The notes beneath the pieces are model-generated. The model saw only the letters and a list, made by a program, of their open reading frames with translations. It was not told where the DNA came from and searched no databases. A DNA stretch of 64,000 nucleotides from positions 1 through 64,000 of IMG/VR virus record IMGVR_UViG_3300049845_000291; one strand, 5' to 3'. The position numbers and the translations under genes were made by a program. The first letter of the stretch is position 1; each line of letters starts with the position of its first letter. This stretch comes from a virus. Of the stretch, positions 28,493 through 38,366 are shown piece by piece.

Positions 28493-30169
28493 GTGAAGCT
28501 CAATTTTCGTCAAGGCCTAGCTCGGTATCAGCGTGACAGCTCAGGAAACCCGACGTTCCTACAGAAATCGTCGGACGGTCTGCATGTCAACCTAGTTGTT
28601 GCCCCCACCACGACACTGATCGTGTTCGCGCACCGTGACGCCACGTACTTGGTCGAGGAACCAAAGACAGTGCTCAGCGCGTGGGGTCCACTGCCAGGCA
28701 TCAACACCAAACACCTGTACTGGGATGTGAATGCGCTCACAGGTCAGCTGACCCGCGGGTTCACCACCATCACTCCACTGTACACCTCGACGGCACCGAA
28801 CTCCCCTGTCTTCGATCAGCATTGGTTCAGCACCGTTGATCAGGTGATGTACGTCTGGAACGGCAGGACATGGGTCGAGAAGATCCGCTGCTTTGCCGGT
28901 ACCTTCACCACGAATGTCACGCCAGCACCTCTTGGATCGCAGGCTGGCATCAATGGTGATTTTGAAGCTGGACACATCCTGCTTGATTCGTACGGCCAGC
29001 CGCTGCGGCAGCGAAACCCAGCTGATCCACCTCATGTGCTTGCTCGGTTCGTCACGTCAGTCTCGTGGCTGAACGTCGTCAACAACTCGAACACGCAAAC
29101 TCGGGTCGAGTCCAAGCTCATGTCCGGCATGGCCTCGGAAGAGATCGGCGAGAACAGCTGCGTCATCCTGCAGCCAGGACGCCGCATCGCCCTAGCACGC
29201 AGCACTGATTACACGACTCGTGTCGCTGGCATCGTGCTCGAGGGTTTGAACGAGAGCGAGATCGGCACGATTATTGAAAGTGGCGTCGTCAAGTCTGACA
29301 CATGGAACTGGCCGGATACTGCCGTCAACCGCCCACTGTTCTGTGGCGCAACTGGGCAGCTCACGCTGACACCGCCTGGCGTCGGCGTTAGTCAGCAAGT
29401 CGGCTTTGTGCTAGATCCAAACTCGATCTTTGTGCGGATCCAATCGCCCATTGTTTTGGAGGATCCTGGCACCATCCCTATCGGGCCGCCGCCAACCAGC
29501 GCGCCAACTGCGAACTTCACGCTGACTCCAGCGACGGGCACGGCACCGCTCACAGTGAACTTCACGAGCACAAGCGAGATTGGCGACACGTACGAGTGGG
29601 ACTTCGAGAACAACGGCTTTTGGGATGGTACCGGCCCCGTTATCTCGCACACGTACTCCACGCCTGGGAGCTACACAGTTCGGCACCGCGTTGCCAACAC
29701 TGTCGGCGACGACACCGAGATCAAACCGAACGTCGTCACGGTTCTCCCAAGTGTCACTGATCCGATCAACACGAACCTTGAGATCATCTTTGGCGCGCCG
29801 CCAGAGGTCTTTGGTGGTTCAGCATTTGGTGTTCAGGTCATCTCTCGCAATGACGGCTTGCTCAGCGCGTCAGCTGCCTCGAGGATCGTGATCATCAGGA
29901 CGAGCACTGGCGCACCCGTCGAGATCTTGAACAATGGTGGCGCAACGGTCACGAGCACAGGTGCTGGCACTTCTGGTTCTCCGACACTGACAACCTTGAC
30001 CTTCCCATTGATCGGCCTGCCGTCAGGCGATTCAGCGGTATCAACCATCACACTAAGAGCGCCGGCCGGCTCAATGAGAGTTCTGCTGCAAGCCTCCATC
30101 AGTTCACCTGAGGTAGACGCTAATCTCGGCGACAACACCTCAACGACCGAGATTCGGGTGCGCACATGA
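28493..30169 (+). CDS. Structural protein with PKD and C-terminal Ig-like (DUF11-like) domains
   Basis: PTANF...GTAPLTVNFT...YEWDF...HTYSTPGSYTV PKD motif; D.N..DN at the C-terminus. Confidence 0.7.
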   Translation: MKLNFRQGLARYQRDSSGNPTFLQKSSDGLHVNLVVAPTTTLIVFAHRDATYLVEEPKTVLSAWGPLPGINTKHLYWDVNALTGQLTRGFTTITPLYTSTAPNSPVFDQHWFSTVDQVMYVWNGRTWVEKIRCFAGTFTTNVTPAPLGSQAGINGDFEAGHILLDSYGQPLRQRNPADPPHVLARFVTSVSWLNVVNNSNTQTRVESKLMSGMASEEIGENSCVILQPGRRIALARSTDYTTRVAGIVLEGLNESEIGTIIESGVVKSDTWNWPDTAVNRPLFCGATGQLTLTPPGVGVSQQVGFVLDPNSIFVRIQSPIVLEDPGTIPIGPPPTSAPTANFTLTPATGTAPLTVNFTSTSEIGDTYEWDFENNGFWDGTGPVISHTYSTPGSYTVRHRVANTVGDDTEIKPNVVTVLPSVTDPINTNLEIIFGAPPEVFGGSAFGVQVISRNDGLLSASAASRIVIIRTSTGAPVEILNNGGATVTSTGAGTSGSPTLTTLTFPLIGLPSGDSAVSTITLRAPAGSMRVLLQASISSPEVDANLGDNTSTTEIRVRT

Positions 30170-31095
30170 GCTACAAAGTCCTTTACTACAACACCCAGAC
30201 AGGCGAGTGGGGTCGCCTTCCAGACAACTCGCTCATCAACGCGGGCGGTGTCGAAGGGCCGTACTTCACGGTCGGTGGCCGCGCACTCATGTTCGCGGAC
30301 GGCACAAGCACCAGTCCAACTGGCGGTGGTGTCACGCTGCAGAGCGTGTACGAGAATTCCCCATCAGGAAATCTTGACCTAGTCACCGGCAAACACCTGT
30401 CGTTTACGGCCGGGAACAACTCGTACTTTGCGGTCAACGCCGATACCGGCAAGGTCACGATCAGCGGCGACCTTGAGGTTCTTGGCAGCTCCACGGTCAT
30501 TGAAGGCGTCATCGCTAACACCGACCAGGTCTTTATCCGCCCACCATCTGGTGCCGCGAGCGCGCTGATCATTGAGCCGATGACCGCGGTCGCGATGGCT
30601 GCCCCGCTGATATCGATTCGGCACAGCAACGGCGGGCCGATCGACCTGCAGCTTGATCCGAACGGCAACACATACATTCGGAACCTGAGCGTTGGCTCAA
30701 ACATGACAGTTGTTGGCACGATCAACGGTGTTGATCTTGTCACTCTGTTCAACAGCTTTACAAACCACACTGACGGGTCTGCTTCAACCAAGCACCGTGC
30801 TGATCAGGTCTCAGTAGACGAAACGAATCTTGATGTTCTTGAGGGCAATGATGTCCAGGAGATCATCGAGGACTTGGATCAAAAGCTGGTCCGCACATTC
30901 CGTCATAACCAATTGACTGCAGGTTCAGTCTGGACAGTTACCCACAACCGCGCGTCAAACAGCCCGACGGTGACCGTGTACGACAGTACCGGCGAGCAAG
31001 TCTGGCCGGACCGCATCCAGATCGTATCACCGAACCAAGTACAGATTCACTTCAACACGCCAATCGCTGGATCAGCCGTCATGCTGTTCTTTTGA
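30166..31095 (+). CDS. Fibre-like structural protein with a C-terminal W-x-V-x-HN domain
   Basis: VTLQSVYE and GTINGVDL fibre motifs; C-terminal WTVTHN domain. Confidence 0.6.
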   Translation: MSYKVLYYNTQTGEWGRLPDNSLINAGGVEGPYFTVGGRALMFADGTSTSPTGGGVTLQSVYENSPSGNLDLVTGKHLSFTAGNNSYFAVNADTGKVTISGDLEVLGSSTVIEGVIANTDQVFIRPPSGAASALIIEPMTAVAMAAPLISIRHSNGGPIDLQLDPNGNTYIRNLSVGSNMTVVGTINGVDLVTLFNSFTNHTDGSASTKHRADQVSVDETNLDVLEGNDVQEIIEDLDQKLVRTFRHNQLTAGSVWTVTHNRASNSPTVTVYDSTGEQVWPDRIQIVSPNQVQIHFNTPIAGSAVMLFF

Positions 31096-31144
31096 TGGTC
31101 CCTGAAGAGAATCTCGTAAATAGGTTCGGAAAAGAACAGCTAAG

Positions 31145-31372
31145 ATGAAGCAAGACGTAGAAACCAGCGATATTGTTCTGGCGGCGACCTTGAAAGTCAA
31201 GGGTTTTCGTTTGGACCGTATTGAAAAAGATGGTCGAAGAGGAGTCTTTTGCTTCGCAGATGTCGACACGAAGGTGTTGGACGAATTCAATCTTGGACAG
31301 GCGTTGGTGGAGCCTGTTGCCTTGAACAACGCCGTTAAGGCACTGACCACCGCGACAAAGAGGATCCTTTAA
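31145..31372 (+). CDS. DUF5659-like small protein
   Basis: TSDIVLAATL...GFRL......GVFCF pattern; late promoter at 31117. Confidence 0.55.
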   Translation: MKQDVETSDIVLAATLKVKGFRLDRIEKDGRRGVFCFADVDTKVLDEFNLGQALVEPVALNNAVKALTTATKRIL

Positions 31373-31381
31373 GGAGAAATC

Positions 31382-34282
31382 ATGAAGATCAATGGCTCAC
31401 TCGTATTTGACGCGTCATCCGCGTCAGAGATTCAAAACCTTCGCATTCAGAAGGTCACTGGCACCAATCCGACTCACACCGAAGCGGACCGCGGTCGCCT
31501 GATTTACAACACGACCGACAACAAGGTCTACGTTGGTGGCGCTTCCGCATGGGTTGCAATCGCTACTGGCGGTGACGCTGCGGCGCTTGCCGCTCGTGTT
31601 GACAACCTGGTCACGACCCTCGGGCTGACTGACTCGGAAGGCGTGTTCAACGCTTCCGCTGTCAACACCGCGCTGGCAAACGCCGACGGTGCAACGAACC
31701 TGTTCGAAGTCCTGCAAGACCTTGACGCTGCTATCACGGCAGCTGCTGGTGTTGACACCCTCGACGAGCTGGCTGACGTCACGCTGAACACGAACGTCGC
31801 TGGGCAGGTTCTGCGCTACACCGGCACGGTTTGGGCGAACCACACTCCAGTGTTGGCTGACATCACTGATGTTACTGCCACCGCCGCTGAAGTGAACTTG
31901 GCTCTGGACGGCATCACCGCATCGGCAGCTGAGCTGAACATCCTAGACGGCGTCATCGGCACGAGTGCTGCTGACATCTCGTCGATTGCTGGCTATGCTG
32001 CTCAAGGCGTTTCCGCTACAGAGTTTGGTTACGTCAACAACGTCACATCGCCAATCCAAACGCAACTGGACAGCAAGCAGTCCGGTGATGCAACGTTGAC
32101 CGCCTTGGCCGCGTTGAACAGCGATGCTGGACTCGTCGTCCAGACTGGCGCTGATACCTTCACCAAGCGTTCACTGGTCCAGCCTTCTGCTGGCATCACG
32201 ATCGCCAATGCCGACGGCCAAGCTGGCAACCCAACGTTTGCTCTGGCAAACGATCTGGCGGCCCTTGAAGGTCTTGCAACGACGGGCTATGTTGTTCGTA
32301 CAGGCGATGGCACCATGGCCACGCGTACGATCGACGGCAATGCTGGACGCATCGTTGTTTCGGACGCAGGTGGCGTTGCCACCAACACCAACATCGATCT
32401 GGCAACCCTGACCGACGCTGGCACTGGCACGTTCCTGAAGTTGACTCGCGACACCTACGGTCGCGTTTCAGGCACGACGGCTGTTGTTCAATCAGACATC
32501 ACCGGTCTGGTTGACAGCGTGTACGTCAAAATTTCCGGCGACGCCATGACCGGCTCCCTGGACATGGGTGGAAACTCGGTCACCAACCTGGCAAGCCCAG
32601 TTGGCGCCACCGATGCAGCTACCAAGGGGTACGTTGACGCTGTTGCTTCTGGCTTGGCCGCTAAGCCAGCCGTTGAAGTTGCTGCCGTTGGTTCAGCTGG
32701 CCTGACGTCTCTTGGTTCGTTCACGTACAACAACGGCACCGCTGGTGTTGGTGCTACGCTGACTGCCACCGCAAACGGCGCGTTCCCAACTGTTGACGGA
32801 TACACGCTGAACAGCACGACCCCGGGTCTGAACGGTGTCCTGATTGCCTTCCCGAACGGTACTGCTGACGCGGTGTACAACGGTCGGTACAACCTTACAC
32901 AGCTCGGTAACGGCTCAACCCCTTGGGTACTGACTCGTTGCGGCCTGTGCGATGAGAGCACCGAGATCGAAGGTGCATACGTCTTCGTCAAGCAAGGTAC
33001 GAACTACCAAGGTACTGGTTGGGTTCAAGTTCACAACCCAAGCGATCCAGACAGCACGATCACGGTCGGCACCGATCAGATCTGGGTGTACCAGTTCTCG
33101 TCAGCTGGTACGGTCCAAGCTGGTACTGGTCTGTCGCAGTCTGGTACGGTCATCAACGTCAACCTTGGCGCTGGTATCTTTGAAGGTCCAGCTGACGCAG
33201 TTGGTATCGATCTGTTCACGCCAACTGCTGGCGCGCTGATCCTGACGACAAACGGCACGACTCGTGAGAGCCCAATTTCACTGCTTGGCCAGCTGCACCT
33301 GTTGCTTGCCTCTGGTGGTGGTCTGACGCAGGACTCAACTGGTCTGTACATCCCAGCTTCTGGTGTGACGAACGCCATGCTGGCGAACAACACGATCACG
33401 ATCAACGCTGATGCCGGTGGCACTGACAACGTGGCGCTGGGCGAAACGATCCTGTTCGCTGGCAGCTCGGTTCAGGGTATCTCCACCAACCGCTCTGGCG
33501 ACAACACGATCACCATCGCTGGTATCGATGCCTCGGCCACGCAGAAGGGTGTTGCAAGCTTCAACGCGACCGAGTTCTCGGTCACTGCTGGCGCCGTGTC
33601 TCTTGGTACCCTACCAGTTGCGAAGATCGCTACCCCGACAATCGGCTTCGTTGGTACGAACGCCTCGTCGGACACCGTAACACTGGGTGAGTCCTTCACC
33701 TTCGTCGACGGCGGTTCGCTGGCGCAAGCTGCTCTGGTATCGGTCGTCATCGGCACGAACAGTGGAACGATCGCACTGCGTCAAGCAACAACCACCGCAG
33801 CTGGCGTGGCAAGCTTCAGCGATCAGCACTTCAGCGTCACGGCTGGTGCAGTCAGCCTGAACGCAACGATCGGTGATCTGACGAACGTTGCAGCCGGTGC
33901 TGATGCAGCTTCAGCTAATGACGTTCTGTCGTTTGTTGGTGGTGAGTGGACGAACGTTACTCGCGCTGCAGTCGTTGGATCTGCCAACCTTGGTGACCTG
34001 GCTGACGTTGGTACCGCAACGCCAACTGACGGCCACCTGCTGGTCGGCAACGGCACATCATGGAACAACCAGAAGGCTTACCACCTGCACGACCAAACCG
34101 CACCGGACACGACGTGGACCGTGGTGCACAACCTTGGCCAGCAGTTCTGCGTCGTCACCGTGATCGACAGCACAAATGAAGTGGTCATTCCACAGTCGAT
34201 CGTCTTCGGTGGCGTTTCGGAACTGACCGTGACCTTCAACACTGCCATCACCGGCAAGGTTGCTGTCATGGGTATCGCGTAA
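31382..34282 (+). CDS. Long fibre protein (Gly/Ala/Thr-rich, LxDLxDV repeats)
   Basis: AELNILDG, TSPIQTQLD and DAATKGYVD fibre motifs; strong AAGGAG RBS; followed by a terminator. Confidence 0.75.
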   Translation: MKINGSLVFDASSASEIQNLRIQKVTGTNPTHTEADRGRLIYNTTDNKVYVGGASAWVAIATGGDAAALAARVDNLVTTLGLTDSEGVFNASAVNTALANADGATNLFEVLQDLDAAITAAAGVDTLDELADVTLNTNVAGQVLRYTGTVWANHTPVLADITDVTATAAEVNLALDGITASAAELNILDGVIGTSAADISSIAGYAAQGVSATEFGYVNNVTSPIQTQLDSKQSGDATLTALAALNSDAGLVVQTGADTFTKRSLVQPSAGITIANADGQAGNPTFALANDLAALEGLATTGYVVRTGDGTMATRTIDGNAGRIVVSDAGGVATNTNIDLATLTDAGTGTFLKLTRDTYGRVSGTTAVVQSDITGLVDSVYVKISGDAMTGSLDMGGNSVTNLASPVGATDAATKGYVDAVASGLAAKPAVEVAAVGSAGLTSLGSFTYNNGTAGVGATLTATANGAFPTVDGYTLNSTTPGLNGVLIAFPNGTADAVYNGRYNLTQLGNGSTPWVLTRCGLCDESTEIEGAYVFVKQGTNYQGTGWVQVHNPSDPDSTITVGTDQIWVYQFSSAGTVQAGTGLSQSGTVINVNLGAGIFEGPADAVGIDLFTPTAGALILTTNGTTRESPISLLGQLHLLLASGGGLTQDSTGLYIPASGVTNAMLANNTITINADAGGTDNVALGETILFAGSSVQGISTNRSGDNTITIAGIDASATQKGVASFNATEFSVTAGAVSLGTLPVAKIATPTIGFVGTNASSDTVTLGESFTFVDGGSLAQAALVSVVIGTNSGTIALRQATTTAAGVASFSDQHFSVTAGAVSLNATIGDLTNVAAGADAASANDVLSFVGGEWTNVTRAAVVGSANLGDLADVGTATPTDGHLLVGNGTSWNNQKAYHLHDQTAPDTTWTVVHNLGQQFCVVTVIDSTNEVVIPQSIVFGGVSELTVTFNTAITGKVAVMGIA

Positions 34283-34301
34283 TCCAAGTCATTGGATCTT
34301 C

Positions 34302-34324
34302 AAGGCGGCTTCGGCCGCCTTTTT
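34302..34324 (+). terminator. Rho-independent terminator
   Basis: AAGGCGGC-TTCG-GCCGCCTT followed by a T-run. Confidence 0.85.
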
Positions 34325-34368
34325 AGTTTCCGGAAGCATTGATCTTTTAGTTTCCGGAAGCATTGATC
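34321..34368. repeat. Perfect 24-bp tandem duplication TTTTAGTTTCCGGAAGCATTGATC x2
   Basis: Read directly from the sequence. Confidence 0.95.
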
Positions 34369-34400
34369 CCATAAATAGGATGACGAACTAAGGATCCAGC

Positions 34401-35003
34401 ATGAAGTTCTACGGGCACGCAAATCTCCAACAAAATGAGCTGCAGAACGCAGCTCTTTCGACTGTCACCGCTTTTCCACCCGACGCAAAGGTTGGTCAAG
34501 TTGCTTTCGTCAACAAGCGCGTGTACATCTGCGTGCAGGTTGATCCTGCGCCACCAATCTGGGTGCCGCTCACTCAGGAGATCACCGCGCACAAACATAC
34601 CCAGGAAACCTCGGCATTGACATGGACGGTGACACACAATTTGAACACCACGGCGGTTTCTGTGCAGGCCTTTGGCACCGACAACCGTGTCCTGATTCCC
34701 GACGAGATCGACGCGGTCAGTAACAACGTTGTGTCTATCTCGTTCAACACACCGTTGTCAGGTCGCGCAACGGTGTTGTCTGGCCACGAGACTGGCGAAG
34801 CAAAGCCAACGTACGCGTTGACGTACTACCAGAACACCGCCAGCACCACATGGACCATCGTGCACAACCTTGGGTACAACCCAATCTTGCGCGTGTTCAT
34901 TGGTCTCAATGAGGTGCAGCCCAACACGATTGCCCACCCAGATACGAACACCACGGTCATCACCTTTAGCACCGCCCAGGTTGGTTACGCGCGCTTGATC
35001 TGA
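34401..35003 (+). CDS. Fibre-associated protein with two W-x-[VI]-x-HNL domains
   Basis: N-terminus resembles that of the 31382 protein; two HNL domains; late promoter at 34372. Confidence 0.65.
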   Translation: MKFYGHANLQQNELQNAALSTVTAFPPDAKVGQVAFVNKRVYICVQVDPAPPIWVPLTQEITAHKHTQETSALTWTVTHNLNTTAVSVQAFGTDNRVLIPDEIDAVSNNVVSISFNTPLSGRATVLSGHETGEAKPTYALTYYQNTASTTWTIVHNLGYNPILRVFIGLNEVQPNTIAHPDTNTTVITFSTAQVGYARLI

Positions 35004-35011
35004 GGACAATC

Positions 35012-35236
35012 ATGTTGACCAAGAAGATCGCCACAACTTATCGGCACGTTCAGTCAACCGCCTCGACAATCTGGTCATTGGGGCACAACCTAGACATGCA
35101 TCCAATCATTGAGGCCTATGTGACCGAAGGTGGACAGCTGCTCAAAGTGATTCCGCAGCGGATTACATACGTAGACCCTAATAACGCTGAGCTTGAGTTC
35201 AGTTATCCAATCACTGGCTTTGCCACGGTGGTCTGA
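35012..35236 (+). CDS. Stand-alone W-x-x-x-HNL domain protein
   Basis: HVQSTASTIWSLGHNL...F..PITGFA; GAGG RBS. Confidence 0.65.
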   Translation: MLTKKIATTYRHVQSTASTIWSLGHNLDMHPIIEAYVTEGGQLLKVIPQRITYVDPNNAELEFSYPITGFATVV

Positions 35237-35442
35237 TGAATGCAATAACCTTCACGCAACTCAATCCGGCAACCACATGGACCATCAACCACGGCTTTGG
35301 GCACAAGCCAGCGGTTGACGTGATCATCGACACTGGGCAGGGTCGGGTCAAGATCATGCCACAAGAGGTTCGCCATGTATCTGACACGCAGCTCATGATC
35401 ACGTTTGCAAACCCAGAGTCTGGGGTTGCCAGGCTCGCATAA
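35236..35442 (+). CDS. Stand-alone W-x-I-x-H domain protein
   Basis: FTQLNPATTWTINHGFG...F..PESGVA. Confidence 0.65.
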   Translation: MNAITFTQLNPATTWTINHGFGHKPAVDVIIDTGQGRVKIMPQEVRHVSDTQLMITFANPESGVARLA

Positions 35443-35460
35443 CCAGATGAAAGATCTCCC

Positions 35461-35862
35461 ATGTTCAGCACGAAACTTGTTGCGATCGCGGCAGCGGCCG
35501 TTTTGATTCCAACCCTGGCCTTTTCTGGCTGGACATACATCAAGCTCAAGAACGCTGAGGCTGACAAAGCTGAAGCGATCTCTCAGCGTGATGCGATGGC
35601 AACACAGCTTGATCTGGCGGTGCAGGCTAACCAAACCAGCCAGGCCACGATCGATCAGCTCAAGGCCGAGAAGCAAGACATTGAGGCCGCGCTGGCCAGC
35701 CTTGAGGCCCTACGTCGGAGGGACCGCGCCACCATCGCCGGTCTGTCTAAGGCCATCACTGAACAAGCCAACAACCCTGAAAACCAGGTCAAGCTTAGTC
35801 CCGTGCTGCAGCAGATCGTTGATCAGATCCAGCAACAGCGTAGCTCTCGAGGTGTCAAATGA
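35461..35862 (+). CDS. Inner-membrane spanin (Rz-like)
   Basis: N-terminal hydrophobic segment followed by a coiled coil; overlaps a lipoprotein gene. Confidence 0.7.
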   Translation: MFSTKLVAIAAAAVLIPTLAFSGWTYIKLKNAEADKAEAISQRDAMATQLDLAVQANQTSQATIDQLKAEKQDIEAALASLEALRRRDRATIAGLSKAITEQANNPENQVKLSPVLQQIVDQIQQQRSSRGVK

Positions 35863-36182
35863 GAAGCTTACTACTCATCCCCGTTCTGTTGGCCCTTGTC
35901 GGCTGCGAGACGTTCGTGAAGCGTGAAACGGTCGTTGAGACGCGGTACGTGGTGCGCACCGCCGTCGAGGACCAGAAGCGACTGCCACCGTACCCACCAC
36001 CCATTGACGTCAAGACCGCCTCTCAGCTGGAGCTTGCACAGTGGATCCTAGCCAGTGAAGAGCGCCAATGGCGGCTCGAGGCGATCATCGCCGAGCTCAT
36101 CAAGTTCTATGAGAAGCCGGTGACGAAGGAAGAGCAAGACAAGGTCAAGGACGAAAAGAAAGATCCTCCTAAGGAGAACTGA
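35859..36182 (+). CDS. Outer-membrane spanin lipoprotein (Rz1-like)
   Basis: Signal MRSLLLIPVLLALVG|C with lipobox; Pro-rich segment. Confidence 0.75.
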   Translation: MRSLLLIPVLLALVGCETFVKRETVVETRYVVRTAVEDQKRLPPYPPPIDVKTASQLELAQWILASEERQWRLEAIIAELIKFYEKPVTKEEQDKVKDEKKDPPKEN

Positions 36183-37813
36183 TGGGAACATGCTGCCCAC
36201 CAGCACCAACACCTGAGACCATTGGCGCCGCCGGTGCCGAGGCAGGAGGACCAGAGAGCGACATCAGGCCAGGTGAGAGCGTTGAGTGCTACATGGCTCG
36301 AGGTGGCAACACCTCCGGGTTGCATGACGACGCCACCTCAAACGTGCTGAACAAGATTGAGAACTCGTCGATTCCAATCAGCCAAAATCCGGTGCGCTTT
36401 GACGGCATCCAGTTCACCTTGACAGATGGCAGCACCAGGATTCCAACGTCATGGGGTTGGGTGAACGATGGAGGGGAGCCACTGGCGACTTTGGGTGGAG
36501 TCACTCTATCCAGCACCGGTGTGTTGTCTGGTAACATCCCACCGGCAGCTTTCAACAAGACCTTCAAGGTCGCTGTCACAGCATCTGACGCAACAGGTGT
36601 GATTGACCGACGAGGCTTCACCTTCTCTCCTGGCGAGGCAGGTGATGATGATCTTCGGTTGATCTCACCGCTGCCGGGAGCCACCGTGAACTCGCTGTTT
36701 GGTCCGCGGCTGCACCCAATCCAGAAAGTGATGAAGCCGCACACGGGCATTGACATGCGGTACGATGACCGCTCCGTCAAGGACGTGGTGGCGGCAGCTG
36801 ACGGCACCGTCACGCTGACTGGTGGCAACCGAAGCACTGGGTACGGTTTACGTGTCTGGATCAAGCACACCACAAAGTCTGGCAAGGACCTGGCCACCAC
36901 CACGTACAACCACCTTGAGAAGATCTACGTCAAAAACGGACAGAAGGTCATGGCTGGGCAGTCCATTGGTCTTGAAGGCAGCACAGGTGCCAGCACCGGA
37001 CCGCACCTGCACTTCGAGTGCCGGCTACCTGATGGCAAGTTCATTGACCCGTTGCCGCTGATTCGTGGGCAGATCTTGGTGGCAAGAAGCACCGGATCTC
37101 GCGGTGAAGCGCAGAACGTATCGGCACGTTCTTCCAATGCATCGCTGTCTGCGGCTGAAGTGGCGGCAAGATCTTCAAGCTGTGCCCCGTTTGGTCCGAC
37201 CTATCCTCCAGCCGATCCACCAGAAACCAACGACACCCCTCCAACACCAACTGCCACAGAGCCGTTTGAGCTGGCTTGGTTCTTCACCATGTCCCATGAG
37301 GTCGGGCCTTTCTGGAGCAACACGTTGGCTGGCACACCTGATGTTGTTGCTGGACTGATTGAGACAGCTATTCAGCGCCGGAACGTTGGGTACGTGAACA
37401 CGCCGAACTTTCCTGGCGGTGAAACCAAGTTCGGCGTGGCGCAAAAACCAAATCCAAGCGTCGCCGTCAGGTCGATTGACTACGCGGCGGCGAAGAAGCT
37501 TGGGTTCAACAATTACTGGAAGAGCGCCCCGATCAGTTGCGTTGGCAAGGGATCGTACATCGCGGTCTTGCTGTTCGACCTAAATTATCTGCATGGTGGC
37601 GGCAACGCCAGAACAATCTGGCAGAATGCCATCGACGCTGGCATGAACGCCAGCGTGTCATCGAGAGACGATCAGCTGATTGCATGCGAGATCCTGACGG
37701 ACGCTCGTGTGCAGTTCATTGAAGATATAACCCAACCTGCGTACCAGCGGGGTTGGCTGCGACGAGCTAACGAGACGTTGGCGTACGTGCGCTCATTACC
37801 ACCTGGACTGTGA
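36182..37813 (+). CDS. Multidomain peptidoglycan hydrolase: Ig-like + M23 peptidase + GH108 lysozyme
   Basis: HTGID, YNHL and STGPHLHFE (M23); HEVG...GGETKFGV and GWLRR (GH108 / PG-binding). Confidence 0.8.
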   Translation: MGTCCPPAPTPETIGAAGAEAGGPESDIRPGESVECYMARGGNTSGLHDDATSNVLNKIENSSIPISQNPVRFDGIQFTLTDGSTRIPTSWGWVNDGGEPLATLGGVTLSSTGVLSGNIPPAAFNKTFKVAVTASDATGVIDRRGFTFSPGEAGDDDLRLISPLPGATVNSLFGPRLHPIQKVMKPHTGIDMRYDDRSVKDVVAAADGTVTLTGGNRSTGYGLRVWIKHTTKSGKDLATTTYNHLEKIYVKNGQKVMAGQSIGLEGSTGASTGPHLHFECRLPDGKFIDPLPLIRGQILVARSTGSRGEAQNVSARSSNASLSAAEVAARSSSCAPFGPTYPPADPPETNDTPPTPTATEPFELAWFFTMSHEVGPFWSNTLAGTPDVVAGLIETAIQRRNVGYVNTPNFPGGETKFGVAQKPNPSVAVRSIDYAAAKKLGFNNYWKSAPISCVGKGSYIAVLLFDLNYLHGGGNARTIWQNAIDAGMNASVSSRDDQLIACEILTDARVQFIEDITQPAYQRGWLRRANETLAYVRSLPPGL

Positions 37814-37820
37814 GGACCAC

Positions 37821-38366
37821 ATGAAAACGTATGACGACATCCGAGGCCAGATCAAGAACGGTGATTTGATCCATCTGTACCGGGCTGACAAGCCACTCCC
37901 AAGAACCGTGCTTCATTGGGTGATCAACTTCTTCACTGGCTCACCGATCTATCACAACGTAATCGCGCTCTGGATGAGCACTGACAGTGGTGAACGTCGG
38001 CTGATGTGCGTTGAGTCGCACATCAAAGGCGGCAAGCGCATCGTTCCACTCAGTGTGTATGCGGACGAGAAGATGGAGATCCATCCTTTGCCTGATGACG
38101 TTGACTTCACAGACATGGAACCAACGCTGATGCACCGAGTCGGCCGTCAGCGGTATGGGATCTTTGACTTCATCGCCATCGGGTTGCGCGAGTTTACTGG
38201 GATCAAGCTTGGCGATGCGGGCGGTCAGGTCTGCAGTGAGATGGCCGCTGAGGCGTGGATCTCGGCTGGTGTCCATCTGCCAGGTACCTTGCTGAGCCCG
38301 GGTCGTTTGCGTGGCGAGCTGATCAAGCTTGGAATCACCCCAACCATCAGGGCGAACATGGTATGA
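37821..38366 (+). CDS. Permuted NlpC/P60 (YaeF/YiiX-like) papain-fold enzyme
   Basis: IKNGDLI, FTGSPIYH (His before Cys), VCSEMAAEAW and SPGRL. Confidence 0.75.
   Translation: MKTYDDIRGQIKNGDLIHLYRADKPLPRTVLHWVINFFTGSPIYHNVIALWMSTDSGERRLMCVESHIKGGKRIVPLSVYADEKMEIHPLPDDVDFTDMEPTLMHRVGRQRYGIFDFIAIGLREFTGIKLGDAGGQVCSEMAAEAWISAGVHLPGTLLSPGRLRGELIKLGITPTIRANMV

Noticed and set aside
13433-34287. Numerous antisense ORFs within the giant structural genes
   Set aside because: Expected shadows of GC-rich codon usage; no RBS or motif support
34321-34368. Possible mini-CRISPR array
   Set aside because: Only two repeats, directly adjacent with no spacer
30166-35442. Diversity-generating retroelement acting on fibre tips
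   Set aside because: No reverse transcriptase, and the repeated domains are similar only at protein level with no near-identical TR/VR pair seen
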